DNA of 64,000 nt from Escherichia phage moha: the sequence record MN850590.1. One strand, 5' to 3'. Positions 1 to 9,045 of this stretch are shown here, in pieces. The translations under genes and the position numbers were made by a program. Below the pieces are notes generated by a model, which saw only the letters and a program-made list of their open reading frames with translations, was not told where the DNA came from and did not search any database. Positions within the stretch are counted from its first letter, which is position 1, and every line of letters starts with the position of its first letter.

Positions 1-1755
1 AATGCTAATAAAGATTCTCGTGTTTTTCCAACTCAACGGGACCTTATGGCTGGTATTGTGTCTAAACACATTGCCAAAAATATGGTCCCGTCTTTTATTA
101 TGAAAGCGCATGAAAGCGGAATTATCCATTTCCACGATATTGATTATTCCCCTGCTCTTCCGTTTACTAATTGCTGTTTAGTCGATTTAAAGGGGATGCT
201 TGAGAACGGATTTAAATTAGGCAATGCTCAAATTGAAACGCCTAAATCGATTGGTGTTGCTACTGCAATTATGGCACAAATTACTGCACAAGTTGCTTCC
301 CATCAATACGGCGGAACGACTTTTGCTAATGTAGATAAAGTACTTTCTCCTTATGTTAAACGCACCTATGCAAAACATATTGAGGATGCAGAAAAATGGC
401 AAATCGCTGATGCGTTGAATTATGCTCAATCTAAAACAGAAAAAGATGTATACGATGCATTCCAAGCTTATGAATATGAAGTAAATACTCTTTTTAGTTC
501 AAACGGGCAAACGCCTTTTGTAACAATTACATTTGGTACGGGAACTGACTGGACTGAACGAATGATTCAGAAAGCAATTCTGAAAAATCGTATTAAAGGT
601 CTTGGTCGTGATGGGATAACTCCTATTTTTCCTAAACTTGTTATGTTTGTTGAAGAAGGTGTTAATCTTTATAAAGATGATCCAAACTATGATATTAAAC
701 AACTTGCGTTAGAATGTGCAAGCAAAAGAATGTATCCTGACATTATTTCGGTTAAGAATAATAAAGCTATTACCGGCTCATCTATTCCTGTTTCTCCAAT
801 GGGTTGTCGTAGTTTCTTGAGCGTATGGAAAGATTCGACTGGTAATGAAATTCTTGATGGACGTAATAATCTTGGTGTTGTAACACTGAATCTTCCTCGT
901 ATCGCATTAGATTCTTATATTGGAACCCAGTTCAATGAACAGAAATTTGTTGAATTATTCAATGAACGAATGGATTTATGTTTTGAAGCATTGATGTGCA
1001 GAATTAGTTCCTTAAAAGGAGTTAAAGCGACTGTTGCTCCTATTCTTTACCAAGAAGGTGCATTCGGGGTTCGTCTTAAACCTGATGACGACATAATTGA
1101 GTTATTTAAAAACGGTAGAAGTTCAGTGTCTTTAGGGTACATTGGTATTCACGAATTGAATATTCTTGTCGGTCGTGATATTGGGCAAGAAATTTTAACT
1201 AAAATGAATGCTCATCTTAAGCAGTGGACCGAAAGAACTGGATTTGCTTTTAGTTTATATTCTACTCCTGCTGAAAACCTTTGTTATCGCTTCTGTAAAC
1301 TCGATACAGAAAAATATGGAAGCGTAAAAGATGTTACTGATAAAGGCTGGTACACTAATAGTTTCCATGTTTCAGTAGAAGAAAATATTACTCCGTTTGA
1401 AAAGATTTCTCGTGAAGCGCCATATCATTTCATTGCGACAGGTGGTCACATTTCTTACGTTGAACTTCCTGATATGAAAAATAACCTAAAAGGTCTTGAG
1501 GCCGTGTGGGATTATGCTGCACAACATTTAGATTATTTTGGTGTTAATATGCCAGTAGATAAATGTTTTACATGCGGAAGTACCCATGAAATGACTCCTA
1601 CTGAAAACGGATTTGTTTGTTCTATTTGTGGAGAAACTGATCCTAAAAAGATGAACACAATAAGAAGAACATGCGGATATCTTGGAACTCCTAGCGTTGT
1701 TCCATGGAATTTAGGTAAAATGAAAGAAATGGTAAAACGAGTAAAACATGCATAG
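1..1755 (+). CDS. nrdD: Anaerobic ribonucleoside-triphosphate reductase NrdD (5' end outside window)
   Basis: Frame open to window edge; C-terminal glycyl-radical motif RRTCGYLG and Cys cluster CFTCGS...CSICGE; followed by nrdG as in T4. Confidence 0.9.
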   Translation, partial: NANKDSRVFPTQRDLMAGIVSKHIAKNMVPSFIMKAHESGIIHFHDIDYSPALPFTNCCLVDLKGMLENGFKLGNAQIETPKSIGVATAIMAQITAQVASHQYGGTTFANVDKVLSPYVKRTYAKHIEDAEKWQIADALNYAQSKTEKDVYDAFQAYEYEVNTLFSSNGQTPFVTITFGTGTDWTERMIQKAILKNRIKGLGRDGITPIFPKLVMFVEEGVNLYKDDPNYDIKQLALECASKRMYPDIISVKNNKAITGSSIPVSPMGCRSFLSVWKDSTGNEILDGRNNLGVVTLNLPRIALDSYIGTQFNEQKFVELFNERMDLCFEALMCRISSLKGVKATVAPILYQEGAFGVRLKPDDDIIELFKNGRSSVSLGYIGIHELNILVGRDIGQEILTKMNAHLKQWTERTGFAFSLYSTPAENLCYRFCKLDTEKYGSVKDVTDKGWYTNSFHVSVEENITPFEKISREAPYHFIATGGHISYVELPDMKNNLKGLEAVWDYAAQHLDYFGVNMPVDKCFTCGSTHEMTPTENGFVCSICGETDPKKMNTIRRTCGYLGTPSVVPWNLGKMKEMVKRVKHA

Positions 1756-2578
1756 GTATTATATAATTTATAAAATAACAAATATAATTAATTCAAAGGA
1801 ATATATCGGTGCGCATAGCACCGATAACATAAATGACGGTTATATGGGGTCAGGAACATTGATTCGTGCCGCTTTATTAAAATATGGTAGAAAAAATTTT
1901 AATAAAGAAATTTTACATGTTTTTGATAATGAAAAACAAATGTATGATAAAGAAGCTGAACTTGTAACCGAAGAGTATTGTCTAAAAGAAAATACATATA
2001 ATATTAAACCTGGTGGAAAAGGTGGAACTGCCTATGAACAGACACTTGAACATCGCCGTAAAAATAGTTTAGCAAATAAAGGTAAAAAGAGAACAGAAGA
2101 AACTAAAATAGCTATTTCACGTGCTTTAAAGAAATATAAACGTACGCCAGAGCATCAAGCAAATTTAAATAAAGCCGTAAGCATAGCTATGAAGCGAAAA
2201 GATGTTAGAAGTAAATTAGCTGGAGAGCGGTCTGAGAAAGATAAATTATCTATATCAAACGGTGTTAAAAAATATTACAATTCTTTGAGTGAAGAAGAAC
2301 GCGAACTTCATCGCAAGCGAATTATTGAAGGTAAAAAGAATTCTCCCATGTCATTGGAATCTAGACAAAAGCTTTCAAAAGCTTTAAAAGGGCTTCAAGT
2401 TGGTTCAAAAAATCCAATGTATGGAAAAATTTCTCCAACTAGCAAAACCGTTTCAGTTGACGGTATTAAATATGATTCAATTAAAAAGTGCTCAAATGCC
2501 ATAAAAGTTTCTAGACATCTTATACTAAAACGCTGTAATTCTACTGATGAAGCTTGGAAAAATTGGATATTATTATGA
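1748..2578 (+). CDS. Free-standing GIY-YIG family homing endonuclease
   Basis: N-terminal YIIYKITN...KEYIGAHS motif block, lysine-rich C-terminal half; overlaps nrdD stop (8 nt) and nrdG start (ATGA). Confidence 0.7.
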   Translation: MHRYYIIYKITNIINSKEYIGAHSTDNINDGYMGSGTLIRAALLKYGRKNFNKEILHVFDNEKQMYDKEAELVTEEYCLKENTYNIKPGGKGGTAYEQTLEHRRKNSLANKGKKRTEETKIAISRALKKYKRTPEHQANLNKAVSIAMKRKDVRSKLAGERSEKDKLSISNGVKKYYNSLSEEERELHRKRIIEGKKNSPMSLESRQKLSKALKGLQVGSKNPMYGKISPTSKTVSVDGIKYDSIKKCSNAIKVSRHLILKRCNSTDEAWKNWILL

Positions 2579-3045
2579 ATTATGATAGATTTTATCCTTG
2601 CGATTTTGTGAATGGCCCTGGTTGCAGGGTCGTTCTTTTCGTTACAGGTTGTTTGCATAAATGCGAAGGGTGTTATAATAAATCAACATGGAATGCTAGA
2701 AATGGTATTCCATTCACCGGAGAGACACTAGAACAATTAATTGAATGTTTGAATAATGATTATATAGAAGGATTGACTATAACCGGAGGTGACCCTCTCT
2801 ATCCTGATAACAGAGATGTGATTCACTCTGTGGTTCAAACTATTAAAAATCTTTATCCCAATAAAAGCATTTGGCTGTGGACAGGATATAAGTTTGAAGA
2901 TATTAAACAGCTAGAAATGCTTAAATATGTTGATGTTATTATTGATGGGAAGTATGAGAAAAATCTTCCGACTAAAAAGCTGTGGCGAGGATCAGATAAT
3001 CAGCGACTTTGGTCAAATACCGATGGGGTGTGGAAACATGATTAA
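2575..3045 (+). CDS. nrdG: Anaerobic RNR activating protein NrdG
   Basis: YPCDFVNGPG and CLHKCEGCYN (CxxxCxxC) motifs; ATG at 2575 preferred over TTG at 2554. Confidence 0.9.
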   Translation: MNYDRFYPCDFVNGPGCRVVLFVTGCLHKCEGCYNKSTWNARNGIPFTGETLEQLIECLNNDYIEGLTITGGDPLYPDNRDVIHSVVQTIKNLYPNKSIWLWTGYKFEDIKQLEMLKYVDVIIDGKYEKNLPTKKLWRGSDNQRLWSNTDGVWKHD

Positions 3046-3155
3046 ATTGAATTACATTATGGATACTATAAATGATATGATTTTTCGTTTTGGTCCAGAA
3101 TTTTATTCGCAATATAGTTTAATGATTATCAATGCTTAGTTAATTAAGGGTAAAT

Positions 3156-3371
3156 ATGTACAAATTTCGTAAAGGTTTAGCTGATTTTCTTACAACTGTA
3201 ACGTTCTTTTTGTTTATGGCAGTTGGAGCTATTTTTCTTATTCCTTTTACTGGTGTATTTTTCGTGATTAGTTTAATTTCTCCAGAAAAGGGTTTATCCT
3301 CCAGCGAATTCAATGAACGTTTGGACAAAATTACTAATAAACTGAATTCTGTTCTTGATAAAAAGGCTTAA
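3156..3371 (+). CDS. Hypothetical small membrane protein
   Basis: 71-aa ORF with one hydrophobic helix, AAGGG RBS. Confidence 0.45.
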   Translation: MYKFRKGLADFLTTVTFFLFMAVGAIFLIPFTGVFFVISLISPEKGLSSSEFNERLDKITNKLNSVLDKKA

Positions 3372-3373
3372 TT

Positions 3374-3691
3374 ATGATTAGTTTTGAGCGGTATGTAGTA
3401 GAGAGTTGGAATGGTTTTGATATGTTCGGTAATGACTATTATTTCTATGAATGTAGTCTGAACCCAAGCTTCTGGGCTGGACGTGAACAAGACCTCGAAG
3501 AAATCAACGCCCGTGCCGATTTGTTAGGTGAACTGCCTACGGTTTATTTTACCTTTGATGAATCCGGCTTCGTTATCCAGGTTTATTTTCCTGAAGAAAA
3601 CTCTGGTGAGGATTCTGTTAATCCTCCTTATTGGGCTTACCAAGGAATTATTTCTCGTGGAACAAAACTCGAACTTAAAGAACAAGATTGA
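3374..3691 (+). CDS. Hypothetical acidic protein
   Basis: 105-aa ORF, start overlaps upstream stop. Confidence 0.5.
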   Translation: MISFERYVVESWNGFDMFGNDYYFYECSLNPSFWAGREQDLEEINARADLLGELPTVYFTFDESGFVIQVYFPEENSGEDSVNPPYWAYQGIISRGTKLELKEQD

Positions 3692-3980
3692 AATTTATGG
3701 CATCCCTGAAGAAGTTGGACGTTGTCCAGGATGTTATACTGTTACAAAACTTTTAAAGGAGCTCAATGCTCCTTATACATTTTATAAAGTCCTCACTAAT
3801 AATGGTAAGATTGAATATGACCGTCCTTTAATCGTATCTCTTGCTAAACGTGCAGGATTCACTTCACTTAATATTCGTTATCCTGTCATATTTTTAAATG
3901 ATAAGAAACAAAAGAATATTGCAGAGTTTAAAAAGTCCTTGATTTCATTAGGATATGACTCTGATATCATAGAAGATTGA
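3657..3980 (+). CDS. nrdH: Glutaredoxin/NrdH-like redoxin
   Basis: CPGCY active-site motif after predicted beta-strand IEIYG; no in-frame ATG, probable GTG start at 3657 preceded by AAGGA; terminator follows. Confidence 0.55.
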   Translation: MEQNSNLKNKIEIYGIPEEVGRCPGCYTVTKLLKELNAPYTFYKVLTNNGKIEYDRPLIVSLAKRAGFTSLNIRYPVIFLNDKKQKNIAEFKKSLISLGYDSDIIED

Positions 3981-4003
3981 CCAGGTGCCGCCTGGTCTTC
4001 TTT
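3979..4003 (+). terminator. Intrinsic terminator after nrdH-like gene
   Basis: GACCAGG-tgccg-CCTGGTC stem followed by TTCTTTA. Confidence 0.5.
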
Positions 4004-4148
4004 ATCTCATTTCTAATATAATCCATTGGAATCTTCACTTCACTATCTCCTTGTGCCCCTCTCAAATCAAAAAAATATTTTCATAAAACAGTTTACATCC
4101 TCGATAGATATGTTAAGATTAACACCATCTACCGCAGAGGAAAATAAA

Positions 4149-4331
4149 ATGACAATTGAAGATAAAGAAATTAAGGTTGACCAGTACTATTCTGTCAATG
4201 GTAATGCCATACAGATAACCAGAGTTTCAAGCCTGGATGTTTGGTACCGTTCAATCAAATATCCAGAAATTGGTGAAATGCTTTGTGACCGTGGTATCTT
4301 CTGTTCAATTGCGAAGGAAATTAAGTCATGA
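4149..4331 (+). CDS. Hypothetical protein
   Basis: Internal ATG with AGAGGA RBS in ORF 4026-4331. Confidence 0.35.
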   Translation: MTIEDKEIKVDQYYSVNGNAIQITRVSSLDVWYRSIKYPEIGEMLCDRGIFCSIAKEIKS

Positions 4332-4576
4332 TTAGTTTAGATTCAAAGAAAGTTGTTCTAACCCTTAAAGTTAATGACGAGCGTCCGATATTCATTACCA
4401 TTTCCGATTTGAACGTTGAAATTGCTAATGGCGTTCGTACTTATCAAGCAAATAAAACTCATTGGGATTATATCCCGATGTTGACGCTTACTCAGCGTTT
4501 AGAATCAATCGGTCTTAAAGACCTTTCAGTAAGTGAAGTGAATTTTATCAAACGCGTTGTATCAATCAACCTCTGA
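4328..4576 (+). CDS. Hypothetical protein
   Basis: 82-aa ORF, ATGA overlap with upstream gene. Confidence 0.5.
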   Translation: MISLDSKKVVLTLKVNDERPIFITISDLNVEIANGVRTYQANKTHWDYIPMLTLTQRLESIGLKDLSVSEVNFIKRVVSINL

Positions 4577-4583
4577 GGTACTT

Positions 4584-4877
4584 ATGGGTAAAACATATCG
4601 TCGTAAAGATTTGAAAGTTCGCGATTACGACTATTTTGGTAAGCGTAAAGCTCCTGACGGTGTTAGCCACAAAGACATGGTTGAAAACATCTTCCGCTCA
4701 GATAAATGGAAACGTATGAAAGGCGTTGATTCTGAAGTCAAGAATGAAATGAATCGACAACTCCGCAAAGAAGTTCGTAAGTTGAAAAAAGATGTTTACA
4801 GTAAAGAAGAGTATGATTATAATACTTCTCATACTGAAGCCAAACGTAAAGCTAACGAATGTTATCGTTACAGTTGA
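4584..4877 (+). CDS. Hypothetical basic protein
   Basis: ATG at 4584 after GAGG RBS; Lys/Arg-rich. Confidence 0.5.
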   Translation: MGKTYRRKDLKVRDYDYFGKRKAPDGVSHKDMVENIFRSDKWKRMKGVDSEVKNEMNRQLRKEVRKLKKDVYSKEEYDYNTSHTEAKRKANECYRYS

Positions 4878-4884
4878 GGAAATT

Positions 4885-5019
4885 ATGAATATCAAACGAA
4901 TGCTTTTTAAGCAGGGATTATATACTTTAAATGTTAATCCAAAGGGTGATACAACTAAATGGTCTGTAAATGACTGGATTAAGTTCATCGATGAAAATGG
5001 GGCCTGGAACACAAAATGA
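4885..5019 (+). CDS. Hypothetical small protein
   Basis: ATG after GAGGAAA RBS; short, weak. Confidence 0.25.
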   Translation: MNIKRMLFKQGLYTLNVNPKGDTTKWSVNDWIKFIDENGAWNTK

Positions 5020-5216
5020 ATCCTGAATCTATGTTATCGCAAAAGCTTCGTGAAGAACGTGCCGAATTCTTTGCCAATATGAAACTCAACGGTGTTGAGG
5101 ACGAAGACTTCTTACGCTGGTTCTGGATTTACAAATACAAAGAATGCCAGCACGCTGTACTACTGACTTGTGCAGTTATGTACGAAGGCTGGAAAGGCGC
5201 TAAAAAGTTCGGTTAA
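5016..5216 (+). CDS. Hypothetical protein
   Basis: 66-aa ORF. Confidence 0.45.
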   Translation: MNPESMLSQKLREERAEFFANMKLNGVEDEDFLRWFWIYKYKECQHAVLLTCAVMYEGWKGAKKFG

Positions 5217-5225
5217 TAATGTACA

Positions 5226-5259
5226 ACGATAGGAAGACATGTTATTATCTTCCTATCGT
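5226..5259 (+). promoter_or_regulatory. Perfect 12-bp inverted repeat hairpin
   Basis: ACGATAGGAAGA-10 nt-TCTTCCTATCGT; loop contains TTATTA; no clear U-tract. Confidence 0.4.
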
Positions 5260-5279
5260 CTTAAAATGAGGAAAATATC

Positions 5280-5519
5280 ATGGCCCAAGAATTAGATTTT
5301 ATCAAATTCAAAAAACACCTCGACGTTAAAATTGGGGATTCAATTGTTAGGATTGAGTATGACATTTTAACAGATGCTATTACTGTTAGTTGTGATGGAA
5401 ATAGTTTCAGCTTCGATACAACCGAAAACAAATACCCAATCTATAAAGGCATCTTTGATATGGGTGTTGATATTACTCCACGTGATACAAATTACTTACT
5501 TTTCATGCTTAAAAAATAG
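5280..5519 (+). CDS. Hypothetical protein
   Basis: 79-aa ORF, GAGGAAAA RBS. Confidence 0.55.
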   Translation: MAQELDFIKFKKHLDVKIGDSIVRIEYDILTDAITVSCDGNSFSFDTTENKYPIYKGIFDMGVDITPRDTNYLLFMLKK

Positions 5520-5555
5520 TATACAAACTCTTGAGAGATGAGTATAATTCTCTCG
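5518..5555 (+). promoter_or_regulatory. Early-type promoter with IR around the -10 (copy 1 of a duplicated 30-mer)
   Basis: GTATACAAACTCTTGAGAGATGAGTATAAT; -10 TATAAT at 5543-5548 between GAGAGA/TCTCTC arms. Confidence 0.45.
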
Positions 5556-5585
5556 TTGGATAATAAAATAACCGAGGAAAATAAT

Positions 5586-5918
5586 ATGTCTACTAAAATC
5601 AAAAACGTAGTTAATTCTTTCGCTTTCGATAAAGTTGTTGCTCTTCTGGAATCTGGCAATATTGTTACTCCTCAAGTTCTTGATGCGTGGGAATTCCGTC
5701 TTTATGAAATCATGCAAAAACACGACCAGAAAATTGGACGTAATTCTATTCGTGAAATTCTAGTACAATATATTCTTTCTGAATTTGACGTTGCTGCATT
5801 TGGTGTTGAATCTAAAGCTTATCAGAAACATGAAATCTCTGAAAAGACTATCCGTCGTATGAAAAATCAACGTAAGAAAAAATTCGTTGACCTTAAAATT
5901 GTTAAGGCGGTAAAATGA
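5586..5918 (+). CDS. Hypothetical protein
   Basis: ATG at 5586 with GAGGAAAA RBS downstream of promoter-like element. Confidence 0.5.
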   Translation: MSTKIKNVVNSFAFDKVVALLESGNIVTPQVLDAWEFRLYEIMQKHDQKIGRNSIREILVQYILSEFDVAAFGVESKAYQKHEISEKTIRRMKNQRKKKFVDLKIVKAVK

Positions 5919-6142
5919 GCGTATTAACAGAAACTTTGATTAATGACCTGCATCTAGCTGGTTACGAAGTTGGTACAAATAGTCTAGGTCTTCCTCAGAT
6001 TGAAGGTCCTGGATTTATTCTAGAATACGAATTCAAACAATGGTGGTTATATGCTACGGTTGACGATGCGTTGAATATTGATTTCGTTGACCAATTTGAT
6101 TCGCTGGATGCTGCTCTTGAAGCAGCAAAGGAACTAGAATGA
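5915..6142 (+). CDS. Hypothetical acidic protein
   Basis: 75-aa ORF, overlapping stop/start. Confidence 0.5.
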   Translation: MSVLTETLINDLHLAGYEVGTNSLGLPQIEGPGFILEYEFKQWWLYATVDDALNIDFVDQFDSLDAALEAAKELE

Positions 6143-6408
6143 AATTAACTCGAATCAGTATAACTGAAGAAAAGCTGGGCGAATTTTATGTTGACGAATA
6201 CATGAAAGTCACGTATTTTCCATTCGTTAAAGGTGTTGGTTTTTGGGAAACTCATGTATCTCAATTAAACGAAGGCGACTATAACGAAACACATGAGAAC
6301 TTTTTAGATTTTCTTTATAATGCCGGTCTTACTGAGCTTTATATCGATATCCATGAGTTCAAACGTTTAATGGAAAAAGTGTTTCAGGCTTATTGTTTGC
6401 TCCGATAG
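6139..6408 (+). CDS. Hypothetical protein
   Basis: 89-aa ORF, overlapping stop/start. Confidence 0.5.
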   Translation: MKLTRISITEEKLGEFYVDEYMKVTYFPFVKGVGFWETHVSQLNEGDYNETHENFLDFLYNAGLTELYIDIHEFKRLMEKVFQAYCLLR

Positions 6409-6415
6409 TATCTCG

Positions 6416-6459
6416 TGCTTTAAGATAGGTCTCTAAATATTATGATATAATAGACCTAT
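6416..6459 (+). promoter_or_regulatory. Promoter-like element upstream of gene 55
   Basis: TGCTTTA at 6416-6422, TATAAT at 6446-6451 inside 8-bp IR ATAGGTCT/AGACCTAT. Confidence 0.35.
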
Positions 6460-6480
6460 GAATTGAGCCAAGAGGTACTT

Positions 6481-7038
6481 ATGACTGAACAAAAACCTAA
6501 AAATAACTATGTGAATAATAAAGAGCTTCTCGCCGCTATAATCGAGTGGAAAAAGGAGCTCTTAAATAATAAAGACCCAAACAAAATTATTCGTCAGAAT
6601 GATACCATCGGTTTAGCAATTATGCTTATCGCCGAAGGCCTGTCCAAACGTTTCAACTTTTCAGGATATACCCAGTCTTGGAAGCAGGAGATGATTGCAG
6701 ATGGGATTGAAGCCTCTATTAAGGGACTTCATAATTTCGACGAAACTAAGTACAATAACCCACATGCATACATAACTCGAGCTTGTTTTAATGCTTTTGT
6801 CCAACGTATCAAAAAAGAACGTAAGGAAGTTGCAAAGAAATATAGTTACTTCGTTCATAATGTCTACGACAGTCATGACGATGATATGGTAGCGTTGGTA
6901 GATGAAACGTTTATTCAAGACATCTACGATAAAATGACGCATTATGAAGAATCCGCTTATAAAGCTCCTGGGGCTGAAAAGAAGGAAGTTGTTAGCGATT
7001 CGCCTAGTTTGGATTTTTTATATGAGGATGACAATTGA
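6481..7038 (+). CDS. 55: Late-transcription sigma factor gp55
   Basis: Near-identity to T4 gp55 as I recall it ([58 protein letters not shown]); ATG 6481 with AGAGG RBS. Confidence 0.9.
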   Translation: MTEQKPKNNYVNNKELLAAIIEWKKELLNNKDPNKIIRQNDTIGLAIMLIAEGLSKRFNFSGYTQSWKQEMIADGIEASIKGLHNFDETKYNNPHAYITRACFNAFVQRIKKERKEVAKKYSYFVHNVYDSHDDDMVALVDETFIQDIYDKMTHYEESAYKAPGAEKKEVVSDSPSLDFLYEDDN

Positions 7039-7237
7039 CATCTCTAACTACTTAGAAGAACCTTTTGACGAAGCAATCCCTTATTTGGTAAAACTGTTGG
7101 GTCGTGAATTTAAAATTAATTTTGACATCGACCCTTTGAACCCACATGACGTGTCATTTTCGATAAACGGGACTCCAGTTGAATATGAGTTCTGTATTGA
7201 AGAGGATGGACGTTTTTATTTTAATTTAATGAGATAA
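7022..7237 (+). CDS. Hypothetical protein
   Basis: Internal ATG overlapping gene 55 stop. Confidence 0.35.
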   Translation: MRMTIDISNYLEEPFDEAIPYLVKLLGREFKINFDIDPLNPHDVSFSINGTPVEYEFCIEEDGRFYFNLMR

Positions 7238-7238
7238 T

Positions 7239-7562
7239 ATGACTACCGAGATTATTGAAAATAAAGAAGCAGAAGATGCAGTAGCTAAAATGCTAAAAGA
7301 AATCCAAAAGAAAAATGAAGCTGAAGCACGTAAAAAATCCGAAAAGATTCTTAAAAAGAATCGTTTTGAACTAAACCGTCTTTATGCTCATGCTCAAGAA
7401 GCAGCAATTCAAAACAACTTCGAAGCTTACGAATATGCTATTAAGAAATCTCGGGATATTCTACGACAACCATACAATGACAAGTTAATTAAAATCCAGT
7501 GGGTTACTACTCGTCAGGCTATTGAGGACATCATTAATGGCGCTAGTTCAAACAAAGTTTAA
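7239..7562 (+). CDS. Hypothetical Lys/Glu-rich protein
   Basis: 107-aa ORF. Confidence 0.5.
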   Translation: MTTEIIENKEAEDAVAKMLKEIQKKNEAEARKKSEKILKKNRFELNRLYAHAQEAAIQNNFEAYEYAIKKSRDILRQPYNDKLIKIQWVTTRQAIEDIINGASSNKV

Positions 7563-7743
7563 ACGTCTGAAGCTGAACGCAGGGTTCACCCTTAAATTGG
7601 GAGGTCCTCTTTGTGTTAAAATTTCTGAAAAGGAATATCACGACGGTTCTATTACAGAAATTTGTCCGCCTATTGTAAAGGCAGACCCAAAACAACTCGT
7701 ATGGGTTGATTCATTTCAAGTTAAGAAATGGTGGAAACGATGA
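7537..7743 (+). CDS. Hypothetical protein
   Basis: Internal ATG in ORF 7522-7743. Confidence 0.3.
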   Translation: MALVQTKFKRLKLNAGFTLKLGGPLCVKISEKEYHDGSITEICPPIVKADPKQLVWVDSFQVKKWWKR

Positions 7744-7782
7744 GAGAAATCGATTTAGGTATTTTCTGAGAGGTGCTTATGC

Positions 7783-7956
7783 ATGACGAACATCCCGACT
7801 TCTGAAAATTTCGATAAAATCCGTAAAGGCAAAGCAGAAAGAATGAGACGTTTTAAAGAGTCTTATGATAAAGCTAAAGCCGAAGGAACTATTACGTACA
7901 AGCCCATTCGATTTAAAAGTTCAAATGAGCCTCTGTACGGTGTACTATGTGGATAG
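7783..7956 (+). CDS. Hypothetical small protein (57 aa, below ORF-track cutoff)
   Basis: ATG 7783 after GAGAGGTG; stop directly followed by strong terminator. Confidence 0.3.
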   Translation: MTNIPTSENFDKIRKGKAERMRRFKESYDKAKAEGTITYKPIRFKSSNEPLYGVLCG

Positions 7957-7981
7957 GAACTCTTCGGAGTTCCTTTTTTGC
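7957..7981 (+). terminator. Intrinsic terminator
   Basis: GGAACTC-TTCG-GAGTTCC followed by TTTTTT. Confidence 0.8.
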
Positions 7982-8025
7982 TTTATAAACGGATGATAGA
8001 ATGAATTAACTAATGAGGAAATAAT

Positions 8026-9045
8026 ATGAAAATTTTGCACTTAGGCGACTTCCATATCGGAGTCAAACAAGACGACCCATGGGTTCAAGATATTCAACGT
8101 GATGGTATTCGACAAGCAATTGAATACTCTAAGAAACACGGGATTAAAACTTGGATTCAGTACGGTGATTGGTTTGACGTCCGTAAAGCAATAACACATC
8201 GTACAATGGAATTCAATCGTGAAATCGTTGATATGATTTCTAAAGCAGGCATTCACGTTCATGTCACGATAGGAAATCATGACATGGCGTTTAAGAATAC
8301 AATAACACCTAACACTGTTTCTGAATTGTTAACTCAATTTGAAAACTTTACTATTTACGAGCATCCAACTACTGTAGATTTTGACGGATGTCTGATTGAT
8401 ATCGTTCCATGGATGTGTGAAGAAAATACAGGTGAAATCTTAGAGCACATCAAGACTTCTTCCGCAGCGTATTGTGTTGGGCACTGGGAACTGAATGGCT
8501 TTTATTTCTATAAAGGAATGAAGTCTCATGGGCTTGAACCTGATTTCTTAAAGACCTATAAACAAGTCTGGTCCGGCCACTTCCACACAATCTCTGAAGC
8601 TGCTAACGTCAAATATATTGGGACACCATGGACACTTACTGCAGGTGATGAGAACGACCCGCGCGGATTCTGGGTATTTGACACTGATGTTGAACGTATG
8701 GAATTTATTCCTAATGAAACAACATGGCATCGACGAATCACTTATCCGTTTAAAGGCAAAATCAATTATTCTGATTATACTAATCTAGCCTTACGTGTTA
8801 TAGTATCAGAAATTGATTCAGAGTTGACTAAGTTTGAATCTGAACTTGAAAAAGTAGTTCACTCTCTTCGCATGGTTTCTAAAGTTGATAACAGTGTTGA
8901 ATCTGATGACGACCAGGAAATCGAGATTAAATCACTTCAAGATATCATTAAAGAATATATTGACGCGATTCCAGATATCTCAGACGAAGACAGAGAAGCG
9001 CTGGTCAAATATTCCAACGAACTTTATATTGAGGCAACACAATGA
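8026..9045 (+). CDS. 47: Recombination nuclease subunit gp47 (Mre11-like)
   Basis: Calcineurin-like phosphoesterase motifs LHLGDFH, GDWFD, GNHD; followed by gp46. Confidence 0.9.
   Translation: MKILHLGDFHIGVKQDDPWVQDIQRDGIRQAIEYSKKHGIKTWIQYGDWFDVRKAITHRTMEFNREIVDMISKAGIHVHVTIGNHDMAFKNTITPNTVSELLTQFENFTIYEHPTTVDFDGCLIDIVPWMCEENTGEILEHIKTSSAAYCVGHWELNGFYFYKGMKSHGLEPDFLKTYKQVWSGHFHTISEAANVKYIGTPWTLTAGDENDPRGFWVFDTDVERMEFIPNETTWHRRITYPFKGKINYSDYTNLALRVIVSEIDSELTKFESELEKVVHSLRMVSKVDNSVESDDDQEIEIKSLQDIIKEYIDAIPDISDEDREALVKYSNELYIEATQ

Noticed and set aside
46-1755. Group I intron or intron-encoded endonuclease inside nrdD
   Set aside because: The reading frame is continuous through the catalytic C-terminus; the nearby endonuclease is free-standing downstream.
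2927-3139. 70-aa ORF overlapping the 3' end of nrdG
   Set aside because: Out-of-frame overlap with the conserved NrdG C-terminus; no RBS.
3528-3980. ATG start at 3528 for the redoxin gene
   Set aside because: It would add about 50 residues that overlap a better upstream ORF in another frame and precede the thioredoxin fold; GTG at 3657 is preferred.
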